IMG/VR virus record: IMGVR_UViG_3300023184_000042
Location: 32,001 to 96,000 of that record
Strand: one strand, 5' to 3'
Length of the DNA stretch: 64,000 bases
Source: a virus
Made by a program: the position numbers and the translations under genes
Part shown: piece after piece, positions 1 through 8,448 of the stretch
Layout: each line of letters begins with the position of its first letter
Position numbering within the stretch: the first letter of the stretch is position 1
The notes under the pieces: generated by a model
The model's input: only the letters and a program-made list of their open reading frames with translations
Databases searched by the model: none
Told to the model about the DNA's origin: nothing

Positions 1-252
1 TATAATAAAGCGGTTGATGAATTAATGCCATTTGGAGGAGGATTAAGTGAATATTATGAGTCACATAAAATTACATATTCGTCTAGAGAACCATTTTCAT
101 TACCAAAAATAAATTTCAATTCGGAATGGTGGGACAAGCCATTTTTTGAATTAGTTATGAATGATAATTTTTGTAAGTGTTTATTAGAAGAAGATATTCA
201 ATTATATGATTATCAATCACACCCAACAATCAAAGCACCATTATCCAATTAA
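1..252 (+). CDS. thyA: thymidylate synthase, C-terminal part (gene starts upstream of window)
   Basis: Frame open from base 1; ends in the typical ThyA C-terminus YDYQSHPTIKAPLSN. Confidence 0.8.
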   Translation, partial: YNKAVDELMPFGGGLSEYYESHKITYSSREPFSLPKINFNSEWWDKPFFELVMNDNFCKCLLEEDIQLYDYQSHPTIKAPLSN

Positions 253-255
253 GTT

Positions 256-441
256 ATGAAAAAAAGTGATTTTAATAACAAACTAATTTATAGAATTAAA
301 GTGTTAAGGACTGGTATAGAAAAAGCTTTAGTTTTAGATGACATTAATGAAATAAAAAAAGTCTTATCTAATTCTATAGAAGATGTACCAACAACTTCAA
401 ATGGAAAATGGCAAAAAATACAACAAGATGAAAAAGTATAA
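256..441 (+). CDS. hypothetical protein
   Basis: 61 aa ORF packed after thyA. Confidence 0.55.
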   Translation: MKKSDFNNKLIYRIKVLRTGIEKALVLDDINEIKKVLSNSIEDVPTTSNGKWQKIQQDEKV

Positions 442-543
442 TAAATTAAATAATCCATTAGATTGGAATTGGACAGCAATTATTACTTGGGCAGTTATAA
501 GCACAATTGCATATAATATATTTTCATTCCTATATTCATTAGT

Positions 544-972
544 ATGTTAGGAGTAGTAGCAGGTAGCTTTGATGTTATACATCCAGGTTATATAAAAATG
601 TTCAAAGAGTGTAAAAAAAATTGTGATGAGTTTGTTGTATTATTGCAAACAGATCCTACAATAGAACGTCCCGAAAAATGTAAACCTATTTTAGATTATT
701 TAGATCGAATAGAAATTCTTGAATCTATAAAATACATTGATAGAGTATATGTATATGAAACTGAAAACGACTTGTATATGTTACTCAAAGCACTCCGTCC
801 GGACATCAGATTCCTTGGAGATGACTATCTAGATAAAAAATACACAGGAGATGATTTATACATTCCAATTTGGTGGATAGGAAGATCTCATGGATGGTCA
901 ACTACTAAATTCAAAGAAGTAATTTCCAATCAAATAGAGGTTCAAAGATTACAAAAATTAGCTGCTAAATAA
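544..972 (+). CDS. cytidylyltransferase-like protein (TagD/HIGH family)
   Basis: AGSFDVIHPGY HxGH-like motif, LGDDY, RSHGWSTT. Confidence 0.85.
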   Translation: MLGVVAGSFDVIHPGYIKMFKECKKNCDEFVVLLQTDPTIERPEKCKPILDYLDRIEILESIKYIDRVYVYETENDLYMLLKALRPDIRFLGDDYLDKKYTGDDLYIPIWWIGRSHGWSTTKFKEVISNQIEVQRLQKLAAK

Positions 973-1008
973 TTTGTTTAATTCAAAAGAAATACTTAAA
1001 TTTATAGT

Positions 1009-1413
1009 ATGAAAAGAATATATTTAGACGACGTAAGAACACCAGTAGATCCAGATTGGATCGTGGTAAGAAACTATGAGCAGTTTGTTGATACTGTAAC
1101 TTTCCATGGTTTAGATCAAATTGATTTAATCTCTCTTGATCATGATTTAGGCGATTCAGCAATGGCAGAATGGCATAAGAATGTGTATCATAATTACACT
1201 TTGAATTACGATAACATCACTGAAAAAACAGGAATGGATTGTACTAAATGGTTAGTTAATCAATGGTTAGACGGTCAGCCAGTTGTTGATGTAGTTATTC
1301 ATTCTGCTAATGCAGTTGGTAGTGCAAACATGATGGGATATATTAATAATTACAGACACGTGCACAGACTGCCTCAGAATTGTGTACGAGTTCAAATAGA
1401 ACATACAGTATAA
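1009..1413 (+). CDS. cyclic-phosphate-processing receiver-like domain protein (RNA-repair associated)
   Basis: IYLDDVR, ISLDHDLG, TGMDC and IHSANAVG motifs. Confidence 0.75.
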   Translation: MKRIYLDDVRTPVDPDWIVVRNYEQFVDTVTFHGLDQIDLISLDHDLGDSAMAEWHKNVYHNYTLNYDNITEKTGMDCTKWLVNQWLDGQPVVDVVIHSANAVGSANMMGYINNYRHVHRLPQNCVRVQIEHTV

Positions 1414-1416
1414 ATT

Positions 1417-1635
1417 ATGACTTTATTAGATACTTTAAGAATGAACTTTTCAGGTGAATATTCACCCGATATGCCTGAAACTCATGCACAAATTGCAGCG
1501 TTTATTGCTGAAGATTTTGCTATGAAATTTCATATGTGGATGATGCAAAATGATACTCAAGCAAATGCAGAAATGTTTTTTGGATATACAGATCAAGATA
1601 TGATGAATGTATTTAAACAACAAATGGGTTTATGA
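1417..1635 (+). CDS. hypothetical protein
   Basis: 72 aa ORF in operon context. Confidence 0.6.
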   Translation: MTLLDTLRMNFSGEYSPDMPETHAQIAAFIAEDFAMKFHMWMMQNDTQANAEMFFGYTDQDMMNVFKQQMGL

Positions 1636-1775
1636 CAGAGGTATTACATCTCATTGGAATCTGTCCGGACCATTTTGCCCACAATAATTTAATTGAATTT
1701 TGTATGGCAAATAGTTCGGAATTTTCTTGGTTATATCAGAAATTTTGCTTATCTTTATCTAAATTAAAAAAATAA
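1632..1775 (+). CDS. small hypothetical protein (47 aa, not in ORF track)
   Basis: ATGA overlap with upstream stop; MTEVLHLIGICPDHFAH... Confidence 0.4.
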   Translation: MTEVLHLIGICPDHFAHNNLIEFCMANSSEFSWLYQKFCLSLSKLKK

Positions 1776-1779
1776 AATT

Positions 1780-2022
1780 ATGGCAGCAGAAAGTAACACT
1801 TCAGTAGATATTGAATTATGGATCAAAAAAATTATAACATCAATTGATCATCCTACACAATTTAAAGCAGCTAGAAAATTAATTGCTCGTTATATGGTTA
1901 GATTGCAACAAGATGGGTTGGATTGGTATATCAGAAATCACATTGATAACAAATTTGATACATTAATTACAAGACAGCGTCAAACTTTACGAGATAACCT
2001 TAATGCAAAATTAAATGTCTAA
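1780..2022 (+). CDS. hypothetical protein
   Basis: 80 aa ORF after promoter motif at 1726-1757. Confidence 0.6.
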   Translation: MAAESNTSVDIELWIKKIITSIDHPTQFKAARKLIARYMVRLQQDGLDWYIRNHIDNKFDTLITRQRQTLRDNLNAKLNV

Positions 2023-2218
2023 TACAAAAATAACAATTGAGCTCAATGATTTACAGCAAGCTCAATACGACGATTGGTGTGCTACCATTAAAAAGTTATA
2101 TGGTAAGATTGGAAATATGACCTGGTCCGTTTCTGATTGTGGAATAGGTCAAACTATTAAAGTGTATAGTGAGCTTACAAAATTGACATTAAATTTAACA
2201 GATATAGATTCTTGGTAA
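2015..2218 (+). CDS. hypothetical protein
   Basis: 67 aa ORF overlapping its neighbours. Confidence 0.6.
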   Translation: MSNTKITIELNDLQQAQYDDWCATIKKLYGKIGNMTWSVSDCGIGQTIKVYSELTKLTLNLTDIDSW

Positions 2219-2805
2219 TGAAAGTAATATTTTTAGATAACGATGGTGTAATCTGCCTTTCTAACAATTGGGGTGGCAGAGCAAAAAAATATAAGAAATA
2301 TCGCAAACTTCATCCAGAAGCTACTTCTTATAGTCAAGTAGATGTGTTTCATAGATTTGACGATTTTGACAAAAAAGCAGTAAAGGTTCTAAATGAAATT
2401 TTAGAAACTACCCAAGCTGAAATTGTAGTATCTTCCGATTGGAAGAAACATGCTACTCTAGAAGAGTTAGGAGATTATTATGAGTCACAAGGAATAATTA
2501 AACGACCTTTAGCCTTTACTCCTTCATTCATTGGGTGTGATAAACCTGAAGATTTTGTGTGGCAATTTTACCAAAGATATGAACAAGAAAGAGCTTTGGA
2601 AATACATCAATATTTAAAGGATCATCCTGAAGTTACTCATTGGGTTGCAATAGATGATTTAGATATGCGTTATGATATTGTCTATACAGACGGTGTAGAA
2701 GACATCAATCCATGGGGACTTAAGAATTTTGTGTATACAGCTCTTCCTAGCGAAGGAATCAAGCAACATGGAAAAAAAGAAAAAGTATTAAATTTTCTTC
2801 AATAA
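2218..2805 (+). CDS. HAD-family phosphatase (Swiss-Army-Knife RNA repair type)
   Basis: IFLDNDGV (DxD), IVVSSDWK, WVAIDD; likely start is ATG 2218. Confidence 0.8.
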   Translation: MKVIFLDNDGVICLSNNWGGRAKKYKKYRKLHPEATSYSQVDVFHRFDDFDKKAVKVLNEILETTQAEIVVSSDWKKHATLEELGDYYESQGIIKRPLAFTPSFIGCDKPEDFVWQFYQRYEQERALEIHQYLKDHPEVTHWVAIDDLDMRYDIVYTDGVEDINPWGLKNFVYTALPSEGIKQHGKKEKVLNFLQ

Positions 2806-2807
2806 GA

Positions 2808-2839
2808 TTAGGATTTAAGGAATTAATGTCTTATCTTTA
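2808..2839 (+). promoter_or_regulatory. early/host-sigma promoter motif TT(A/T)GG-N17-CTTATCTTTA
   Basis: Fixed 17-nt spacer; other copies at 973, 1726, 4567, 6263, 8401, 9999, 11724, 12001, 17469; resembles the Bacteroidota -33 TTTG / -7 TAnnTTTG promoter. Confidence 0.8.
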
Positions 2840-2858
2840 AGTATTAATAAAAAGAGAT

Positions 2859-3500
2859 ATGAAAATAGTAGCAAAAAATGTTTGGTTTACGTCCGATTCT
2901 CATTTTGGACATACCAATATTTGTAGAGGAGTTTCTAAATGGAACACAGGAGATGAAGAAGAGTTTAATGCTGCTACTCGTAATTTTCCAGACTTAGAAA
3001 CAATGAATGAACACATTGTTGAGAACATTAATAATTGTGTCGGAGAAAATGATTGGTTAATACATCTTGGAGATTTTTCCTTTGGAGGAATTGAAAATAT
3101 TGAAGTTTTACGTTCTCAAATCAAATGTAAAAACATTGTATTGATTATAGGAAATCATGATCATCACATTGAAAACAACAAAGAAAATGTCAGAAAACAT
3201 TTTCGTCACGTTGCCCATTATGAGGAACTAGATGTGACTGTAGAGAATAGATTAGGTGCTAATAAACACAAATTTGTTCTTTGCCATTACCCAATTGTAT
3301 CTTGGAACAATATGCCAAGAGGAGCATTTATGTTGCATGGTCATCAGCATTTGAAAGGCGATTCTAGATTTGGAGAAGGAAGAAGAATGGATGTTGGAAT
3401 GTGTGGATCTCCTGAATTTAGACCCTACCATATTGATGAAGTTTTAGAGTTGTTAAGTGGTAGAGATTCTAGAGAAAGACATTCTAGAGACGAAAAATAG
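2859..3500 (+). CDS. calcineurin-like metallophosphoesterase
   Basis: SDSHFGH, HLGDFS, GNHD, CHYP, LHGHQH. Confidence 0.9.
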   Translation: MKIVAKNVWFTSDSHFGHTNICRGVSKWNTGDEEEFNAATRNFPDLETMNEHIVENINNCVGENDWLIHLGDFSFGGIENIEVLRSQIKCKNIVLIIGNHDHHIENNKENVRKHFRHVAHYEELDVTVENRLGANKHKFVLCHYPIVSWNNMPRGAFMLHGHQHLKGDSRFGEGRRMDVGMCGSPEFRPYHIDEVLELLSGRDSRERHSRDEK

Positions 3501-3611
3501 TCAGGTGGCGGAATGGTAGACGCACCGAATAGTTAAACGGAGTGGAATAAGTCGCAATATAGTTGAGATACACATAAGACCCATACGCAGGTTCGATTCC
3601 TGTCCTGACTA
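3499..3611 (+). ncRNA. tRNA-like RNA with no canonical anticodon arm
   Basis: Acceptor AGTCAGG/CCTGACT, Leu-type D arm GGCGGAATGGTAGACGC, T arm GCAGG-TTCGATT-CCTGT, 63 nt central insert. Confidence 0.7.
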
Positions 3612-3631
3612 CTAAATTAAAATAATAAATT

Positions 3632-3787
3632 ATGATAATAGTATTAGCACAATTTGGATTAATGTCATTAAATTTAATGACAGCACATATAACAAAACAA
3701 AAAGGAGGTAATCCTGCGTTTAGCTATTTCGTAGCCGGCATACTTTGTGGCTTTGGAATTTCAGCATTGATTAAATTATTAGTATGA
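3632..3787 (+). CDS. small membrane protein (51 aa, not in ORF track)
   Basis: Two hydrophobic stretches; ATGA overlap with next gene. Confidence 0.5.
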   Translation: MIIVLAQFGLMSLNLMTAHITKQKGGNPAFSYFVAGILCGFGISALIKLLV

Positions 3788-4269
3788 GAATAATCTATTT
3801 TATGATAATGTTAGTGTCAATGTCTACATTTTCACAAAACATTATAATAGGAGATTCACAAGTTCCATTTATTGATGCTCAAACTCACAAAGCAAATAGA
3901 GTGCCTCAATTATGGAGAGGTGGTATTGGAGTTGCAGATTTAACTGCAATGGTTAATAACTATCCAATTACTCCTTCCATACAAAATGTAGTAATTAGTA
4001 TTGGAACTAATGATAGATTTCAAAGCGATGTAGTGCAATTATTTTCAGCACTTAAACGTAAGTTTCCAAAAGCTAAATTTTATGCAGTGCAAGGCTCGTG
4101 GGGCTGGGGTGGAGTTAAATCAATATCTAGAACTACTGTATATTCATATTATACAAAGTTTTTACCTTATGGAGTTGTAATAATTCAACCTGCGATAGGT
4201 CCGGGAGATCCGCATGGGCCAAAAGCATCTTATAATTTAATAGGAGAAAGTTTAGATAAAATATTGTAA
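3784..4269 (+). CDS. secreted SGNH/GDSL-like hydrolase
   Basis: Signal peptide ending STFS|Q; IIGDS, SIGTND, C-terminal DPH. Confidence 0.65.
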   Translation: MRIIYFMIMLVSMSTFSQNIIIGDSQVPFIDAQTHKANRVPQLWRGGIGVADLTAMVNNYPITPSIQNVVISIGTNDRFQSDVVQLFSALKRKFPKAKFYAVQGSWGWGGVKSISRTTVYSYYTKFLPYGVVIIQPAIGPGDPHGPKASYNLIGESLDKIL

Positions 4270-4270
4270 T

Positions 4271-4549
4271 ATGGATTATAAAAACGAATTAGATAAAATT
4301 ATCAATCAGTTAGATGCATTTTCAAATACATGGATTGGCCAGTATATTTTTAATTTCTTAATAGGCATAGCTATTATATTACTAATAGGTACTGGATTAT
4401 ATTTAGGAGCTGCTTTTGTAACTTGGTCATTTCCTTCATTGAAATGGTTTTTAAGTGGGTCTAATTCTCTATACAGAATAATTGTATTAGTATATGCTTT
4501 CGCAGTATTTATAGGTACTATAGATAATGGAGATGATTATCCTATGTAA
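4271..4549 (+). CDS. membrane protein
   Basis: Two predicted TM helices. Confidence 0.6.
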   Translation: MDYKNELDKIINQLDAFSNTWIGQYIFNFLIGIAIILLIGTGLYLGAAFVTWSFPSLKWFLSGSNSLYRIIVLVYAFAVFIGTIDNGDDYPM

Positions 4550-4624
4550 AAATACTTTAAAAAAGATTTGGTTCCTACAATATAATTTCTTATCTTTATG
4601 TATAGAAATTAAATAATAAGACAT

Positions 4625-5923
4625 ATGAAAAATGATTTTCAGTTATTAAGGTTGATGGTAGACGAGTTGAACTCGACAAATAGCATCAATGACAAAAAAG
4701 AAATTTTATCGAAATATGATGACGAGTTTATTAAGAAAGTAATTTATTACACTTATAATCCGACATTTCAATATTACATAACTCCTGATAATTTAGAGAA
4801 GAATTACTCTAATGATTTAGGTAAAGTCGTTAAGTATAGTGATTTATTTGAATTGTTAGATGCTTTGAAATCTAGATCAATCACAGGTCACTTGGCTATT
4901 AACTCAGTCAATGATTTTTGTTTTGATAATGAAAAGTATAAAGACTTAATTTATAAAATAATTGGTAAGGATTTAGAAATTAGAATGGGAGACTCTTTAA
5001 TTAATAAAGTATTCCCTGACTTAATTCCAACCTTTGACTGTGCTTTGGCTACCGATTTTGATAAGGTGCAAGTAGACTTTGCCAAAGATACCTTTTTTGC
5101 TTCTAGGAAGTTAGACGGTGTTAGATGTTTAGCAGTAGTAGATGATATGGGTGGAGTGACTTTGTGGTCTAGACAGGGTAATCAATTTCTTACCCTAGAA
5201 AAGGTAGAAAAAGAAATAGCTTCTTTAGGTATGCGTGATGTGGTATTTGACGGTGAAATATGTCTGGTAGATGCCTTAGGTAATGAAGATTTCCAGGGTA
5301 TTATGAAGCAAATTCGTAAGAAAGACCATCAAATTGCCAATCCTAAATACCTAATCTTTGACACTATTTCCGGAGATGAGTTTAGAACTAAAACGGGTAC
5401 CCTTAAATATTCAAGCAGATATGCTAGATTAGGAGAGATCTTTTTTGATCCTTCTAGGTATAATCACTTAAAAGTAGTTACTCAAACGGTAATTACCACA
5501 GAAGATCAATATATTAATATGATGACTCAATCTGATGCTGATGGCTGGGAAGGATTAATCTTAAGAAAAAATGTTGGTTATGAAGGTAAGCGTAGTAAAA
5601 ATATGCTTAAGTGTAAATCATTTAAAGACGCTGAATATAGAGTTATTGACTTAGAAGTTGGTCCTTTTAGAATGATTGAAAATGGTTTGGAAATAACCAG
5701 AGAAGTTTTAAGTAATGTAGTTATCGAGCATAAAGGTAATAGAGTGTCAGTTGGTTCAGGATTCTCACTTAATGAAAGACAATATTTTTATGACAATCCA
5801 GCAGAGATCTTAAATAAAATTATTACCGTTAAGTATTTTCAAGAGACACAAAACCAGGCAGGTAATTGGAGTTTGCGTTTCCCGACAATTAAAGTAATTC
5901 ACGGAACGAAAAGAACAGTATAA
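4625..5923 (+). CDS. lig: ATP-dependent DNA ligase
   Basis: KLDGVR, FDGE, EGLILR, VGSGFS, SLRFP. Confidence 0.95.
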   Translation: MKNDFQLLRLMVDELNSTNSINDKKEILSKYDDEFIKKVIYYTYNPTFQYYITPDNLEKNYSNDLGKVVKYSDLFELLDALKSRSITGHLAINSVNDFCFDNEKYKDLIYKIIGKDLEIRMGDSLINKVFPDLIPTFDCALATDFDKVQVDFAKDTFFASRKLDGVRCLAVVDDMGGVTLWSRQGNQFLTLEKVEKEIASLGMRDVVFDGEICLVDALGNEDFQGIMKQIRKKDHQIANPKYLIFDTISGDEFRTKTGTLKYSSRYARLGEIFFDPSRYNHLKVVTQTVITTEDQYINMMTQSDADGWEGLILRKNVGYEGKRSKNMLKCKSFKDAEYRVIDLEVGPFRMIENGLEITREVLSNVVIEHKGNRVSVGSGFSLNERQYFYDNPAEILNKIITVKYFQETQNQAGNWSLRFPTIKVIHGTKRTV

Positions 5924-6171
5924 TGGATTCGAAACCAACTCCAATGAAAAAGCCTAAATACAAAATAGGTCAGCTAGTATATGTAAATTTTTTAGGTTCT
6001 CCTAAATTAAGTAGACTAACTGAGTTGCGTGGTAAACATGGCAGAGATCAAGACAGATGGATTTATTATGCAGTCGACGTTTATGACGGAACGGTATATC
6101 CAAATGTAGGAGTAGGTAATACAGAAAAGACATTTAACATTAACATTGAAAAAACTAAACAATTATCATGA
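5923..6171 (+). CDS. hypothetical protein (SH3-like KYKIGQLV start)
   Basis: 82 aa ORF coupled to ligase. Confidence 0.6.
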   Translation: MDSKPTPMKKPKYKIGQLVYVNFLGSPKLSRLTELRGKHGRDQDRWIYYAVDVYDGTVYPNVGVGNTEKTFNINIEKTKQLS

Positions 6172-6266
6172 TGCAAATTTTCTTAAAAGTAATTATCAGT
6201 TTAGTGCTTTGGTTAGTGGTAGCAAAAGTATTTTTATATTTCGGTAAAAAAATATTTAAAGATTAG
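6168..6266 (+). CDS. small single-TM protein (32 aa, not in ORF track)
   Basis: ATGA overlap; hydrophobic helix. Confidence 0.4.
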   Translation: MMQIFLKVIISLVLWLVVAKVFLYFGKKIFKD

Positions 6267-6321
6267 GATACTCCAAAAGGTTATCTTATATTTATGAAGT
6301 AATTAAAATTAAATAGTCAAT

Positions 6322-6498
6322 ATGGCAACAGTACAAAAACGTTCGAGACAATCGAGAGCATTAGATATGCTTGAAGCTCAATTAAAGAGTGGAGTAAAAA
6401 CTGAAAAGAAAACTACGGATGTAAAAATTCCTTTAACAGATTCTGATAGAAGAAGAATTGAAAAGGAAATAGAAGTCCTAAAATCTAAATTAGTTTAA
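6322..6498 (+). CDS. small basic protein (58 aa, not in ORF track)
   Basis: MATVQKRSRQSRALDMLEAQLK...; follows promoter motif at 6263-6294. Confidence 0.6.
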   Translation: MATVQKRSRQSRALDMLEAQLKSGVKTEKKTTDVKIPLTDSDRRRIEKEIEVLKSKLV

Positions 6499-6508
6499 TT
6501 TTAATTGT

Positions 6509-6907
6509 ATGGCTCTTAAGGCAGATAATAAAATTTACTTAAGTTGGGACGACGTAAGTGATTTAGTTGATACACTTTGTGAAAAGATTGTAACTGAACA
6601 ACCTCAAATTGATTCTATATTTGGAATTGCTCGAGGTGGTATGATCCCAGCAGTAATGGTATCACATAGATTAGGCTTGACCTGGTCAAATGTAATGTTA
6701 CCTAATACTCTAGTAATAGATGATATTTGTGATACAGGGCATACATTAAAAAATTGTATAGGAGGTTATACCGCAGTGTTGCATCATAAACCGCATACTG
6801 CTTGTTTAACTCCTACCATATATGCTTCACTGCATGAAGGTGATGAATGGATAATTTATCCATGGGAAAGAAATGATTCTGCACCAGTGCAAGATTATTT
6901 AAAATAA
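6509..6907 (+). CDS. purine phosphoribosyltransferase-like protein
   Basis: GIARGG, LVIDDICDTGHTL PRPP-binding loop, WIIYPWE. Confidence 0.85.
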   Translation: MALKADNKIYLSWDDVSDLVDTLCEKIVTEQPQIDSIFGIARGGMIPAVMVSHRLGLTWSNVMLPNTLVIDDICDTGHTLKNCIGGYTAVLHHKPHTACLTPTIYASLHEGDEWIIYPWERNDSAPVQDYLK

Positions 6908-6966
6908 TATAAAAAAATCGCCTGAAAATATAGCTAGGTGCATATTTATATTAAATAAAAAACAAA

Positions 6967-7113
6967 ATGACACAAGTCCATACATATCAATCACAATCGT
7001 TTAGAATGCTTCAAGGAGCAGGAGCTACAATATGTAATAATGATGTGATTTTAGGCTCTTTACGTAATGATAGTATTACATGGGAACTGAAAAATGGAGG
7101 GACTGAGGTATGA
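6967..7113 (+). CDS. putative attenuator leader peptide (48 aa) upstream of tRNA array
   Basis: MTQVHTYQSQSFRMLQGAGATICNNDVILGSLRNDSITWELKNGGTEV; 19 of 20 amino acids; A-rich start context; last codons complementary to the terminator 5' arm. Confidence 0.65.
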   Translation: MTQVHTYQSQSFRMLQGAGATICNNDVILGSLRNDSITWELKNGGTEV

Positions 7114-7142
7114 TATAGGTAATTTACATATTACTATAATTT

Positions 7143-7174
7143 AAGCCTCGGACCATAAAATCCGGGGCTTTTTT
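7143..7174 (+). terminator. intrinsic terminator / attenuator before tRNA array
   Basis: AAGCCTCGGA-ccataaaa-TCCGGGGCTT followed by a T-run. Confidence 0.85.
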
Positions 7175-7200
7175 ATTGGCCTGGTCATAAAGAATAAATT

Positions 7201-7277
7201 GCGGTGCTGGTGTTTAACGGTTAGCATATGAGTCTTCCAAACTCGAGGTAAGGGTTCGAATCCCTTGCGCCGCTCCA
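7201..7277 (+). tRNA. trnG: tRNA-Gly(TCC)
   Basis: Cloverleaf; CT-TCC-AA loop; encoded CCA. Confidence 0.92.
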
Positions 7278-7282
7278 ATATT

Positions 7283-7363
7283 GGGATGCTTCAGTCACTG
7301 GTGTGATAAGCGGTCTGTAAAATCGTTCTGTAAGAGGGTATGGTTCGATTCCATAGTGTCCCA
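7283..7363 (+). tRNA. trnY: tRNA-Tyr(GTA)
   Basis: GGGATGC/GTGTCCC; CT-GTA-AA; variable arm; atypical D arm. Confidence 0.85.
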
Positions 7364-7375
7364 CAAATATTAATT

Positions 7376-7447
7376 GGGTTGGTAGCTCAGAGGCAGAGCG
7401 GCTGTTTGTTAGGCAGCGGGTCGAGATTTCGAAATTCTCCCAGCCCT
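7376..7447 (+). tRNA. trnN: tRNA-Asn(GTT)
   Basis: GGGTTGG/CCAGCCC; TT-GTT-AG loop. Confidence 0.85.
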
Positions 7448-7453
7448 CAAAAT

Positions 7454-7524
7454 ACGCCAGTAGTGCAATGGTAGCATCTCGGTCTCCAAAACCGATGGTG
7501 GGGGTTCGAATCCCTCCTGGCGTG
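7454..7524 (+). tRNA. trnW: tRNA-Trp(CCA)
   Basis: ACGCCAG/CTGGCGT; CT-CCA-AA. Confidence 0.92.
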
Positions 7525-7555
7525 CGAATTAAGTGTGTAACGTAAATTAGAGATT

Positions 7556-8062
7556 ATGAATAAATATCAAAAAACGCTTGTCGTAGATTCAAGCTTTATG
7601 GCGAGATCTATTATTAGTGCAGAGAGAGCATTTGTGATTTCTTATAAAGGTAATGCTGAAGTTGTTTCTGAACATCCTGAAACTTTTGGATTGGTTAATC
7701 CAGAGTTAAAGATTAATAAACCTTCTATTATACGTGTTTATAAGTATGTTAAACAGCATATTCATAAAGTGCCTTTAACAAGAGAAAATGTTTATAGAAG
7801 AGACAATTTCGAATGTGTATATTGTGGATGTTCAAATATCAAGTTGCTAACTTTAGATCATGTTATACCTCAATCAAAAGGAGGTCAAAACTCTTGGGAC
7901 AATTTAGTTACTGCATGTAAATTTTGTAACTCTGAAAAGGCTGATTTAACTTTGGAAGAGTTTGGTAAGGAAATTCCCGAACCAAAAAGGCCTCATTATT
8001 TAATGTTAATGAAGCAAGTAAATTATATACCTAAAGAATGGGAGTCCTTTCTATTCTTTTAG
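7556..8062 (+). CDS. HNH endonuclease (McrA-like) inside tRNA array
   Basis: RDNFECVYCG...TLDHVIPQSKGG...NLVTACKFCN. Confidence 0.92.
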   Translation: MNKYQKTLVVDSSFMARSIISAERAFVISYKGNAEVVSEHPETFGLVNPELKINKPSIIRVYKYVKQHIHKVPLTRENVYRRDNFECVYCGCSNIKLLTLDHVIPQSKGGQNSWDNLVTACKFCNSEKADLTLEEFGKEIPEPKRPHYLMLMKQVNYIPKEWESFLFF

Positions 8063-8066
8063 AATT

Positions 8067-8136
8067 AATTGGAATTAGCTTATAGTAAAGCAGCAGGGGC
8101 TAACCTGTAGAACGGATACGAGAACCGATTCCAATT
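8067..8136 (+). ncRNA. degenerate tRNA-like element
   Basis: AATTGGAAT/ATTCCAATT closing stem; D-like GCTT/AAGC; GCAGG/CCTGT stem with 6-nt loop GGCTAA; non-canonical T arm. Confidence 0.55.
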
Positions 8137-8141
8137 AAAAT

Positions 8142-8213
8142 GCCTTGGTAGCTCAATGGTAGAGCACTTGTTTTGTAAACAAGAAGTTGCAGGTTCGAGT
8201 CCTGTCCTCGGCT
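8142..8213 (+). tRNA. trnT: tRNA-Thr(TGT)
   Basis: TT-TGT-AA loop; two acceptor-stem mismatches. Confidence 0.85.
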
Positions 8214-8219
8214 CAAAAT

Positions 8220-8293
8220 GATGATATAGCTCAATTGGTTGGAGCACCTCGCTGATACCGAGGAGGATATAGGTTCGAGTCCTATTATCATCA
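8220..8293 (+). tRNA. trnI: tRNA-Ile(GAT)
   Basis: GATGATA/TATCATC; CT-GAT-AC. Confidence 0.9.
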
Positions 8294-8304
8294 CAAATAT
8301 ACTT

Positions 8305-8380
8305 CTGGTAGTATAGGAGTCCGGTTTATCTAGCCTACCTTGGATGTAGGAGCACGCAGGTTCGAATCCTGCCTATCAGA
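8305..8380 (+). tRNA. trnP: tRNA-Pro(TGG)
   Basis: CTGGTAG/CTATCAG; CT-TGG-AT. Confidence 0.9.
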
Positions 8381-8448
8381 CAAATTTTCTTTTAAGAAGG
8401 TTAGGATTAATCAAAAGAATTCTTTATCTTTATGTAAGAAAATAATTA

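Noticed and set aside
3524-3586. Self-splicing intron in a tRNA
   Set aside because: 63 nt is too short for a group I or II intron, and no flanking anticodon stem halves are evident.
8067-8136. Amber suppressor tRNA (CTA in loop) and stop-codon recoding
   Set aside because: The loop is 6 nt without U33; TAG, TGA and TAA all end genes normally and standard-code ORFs are intact.
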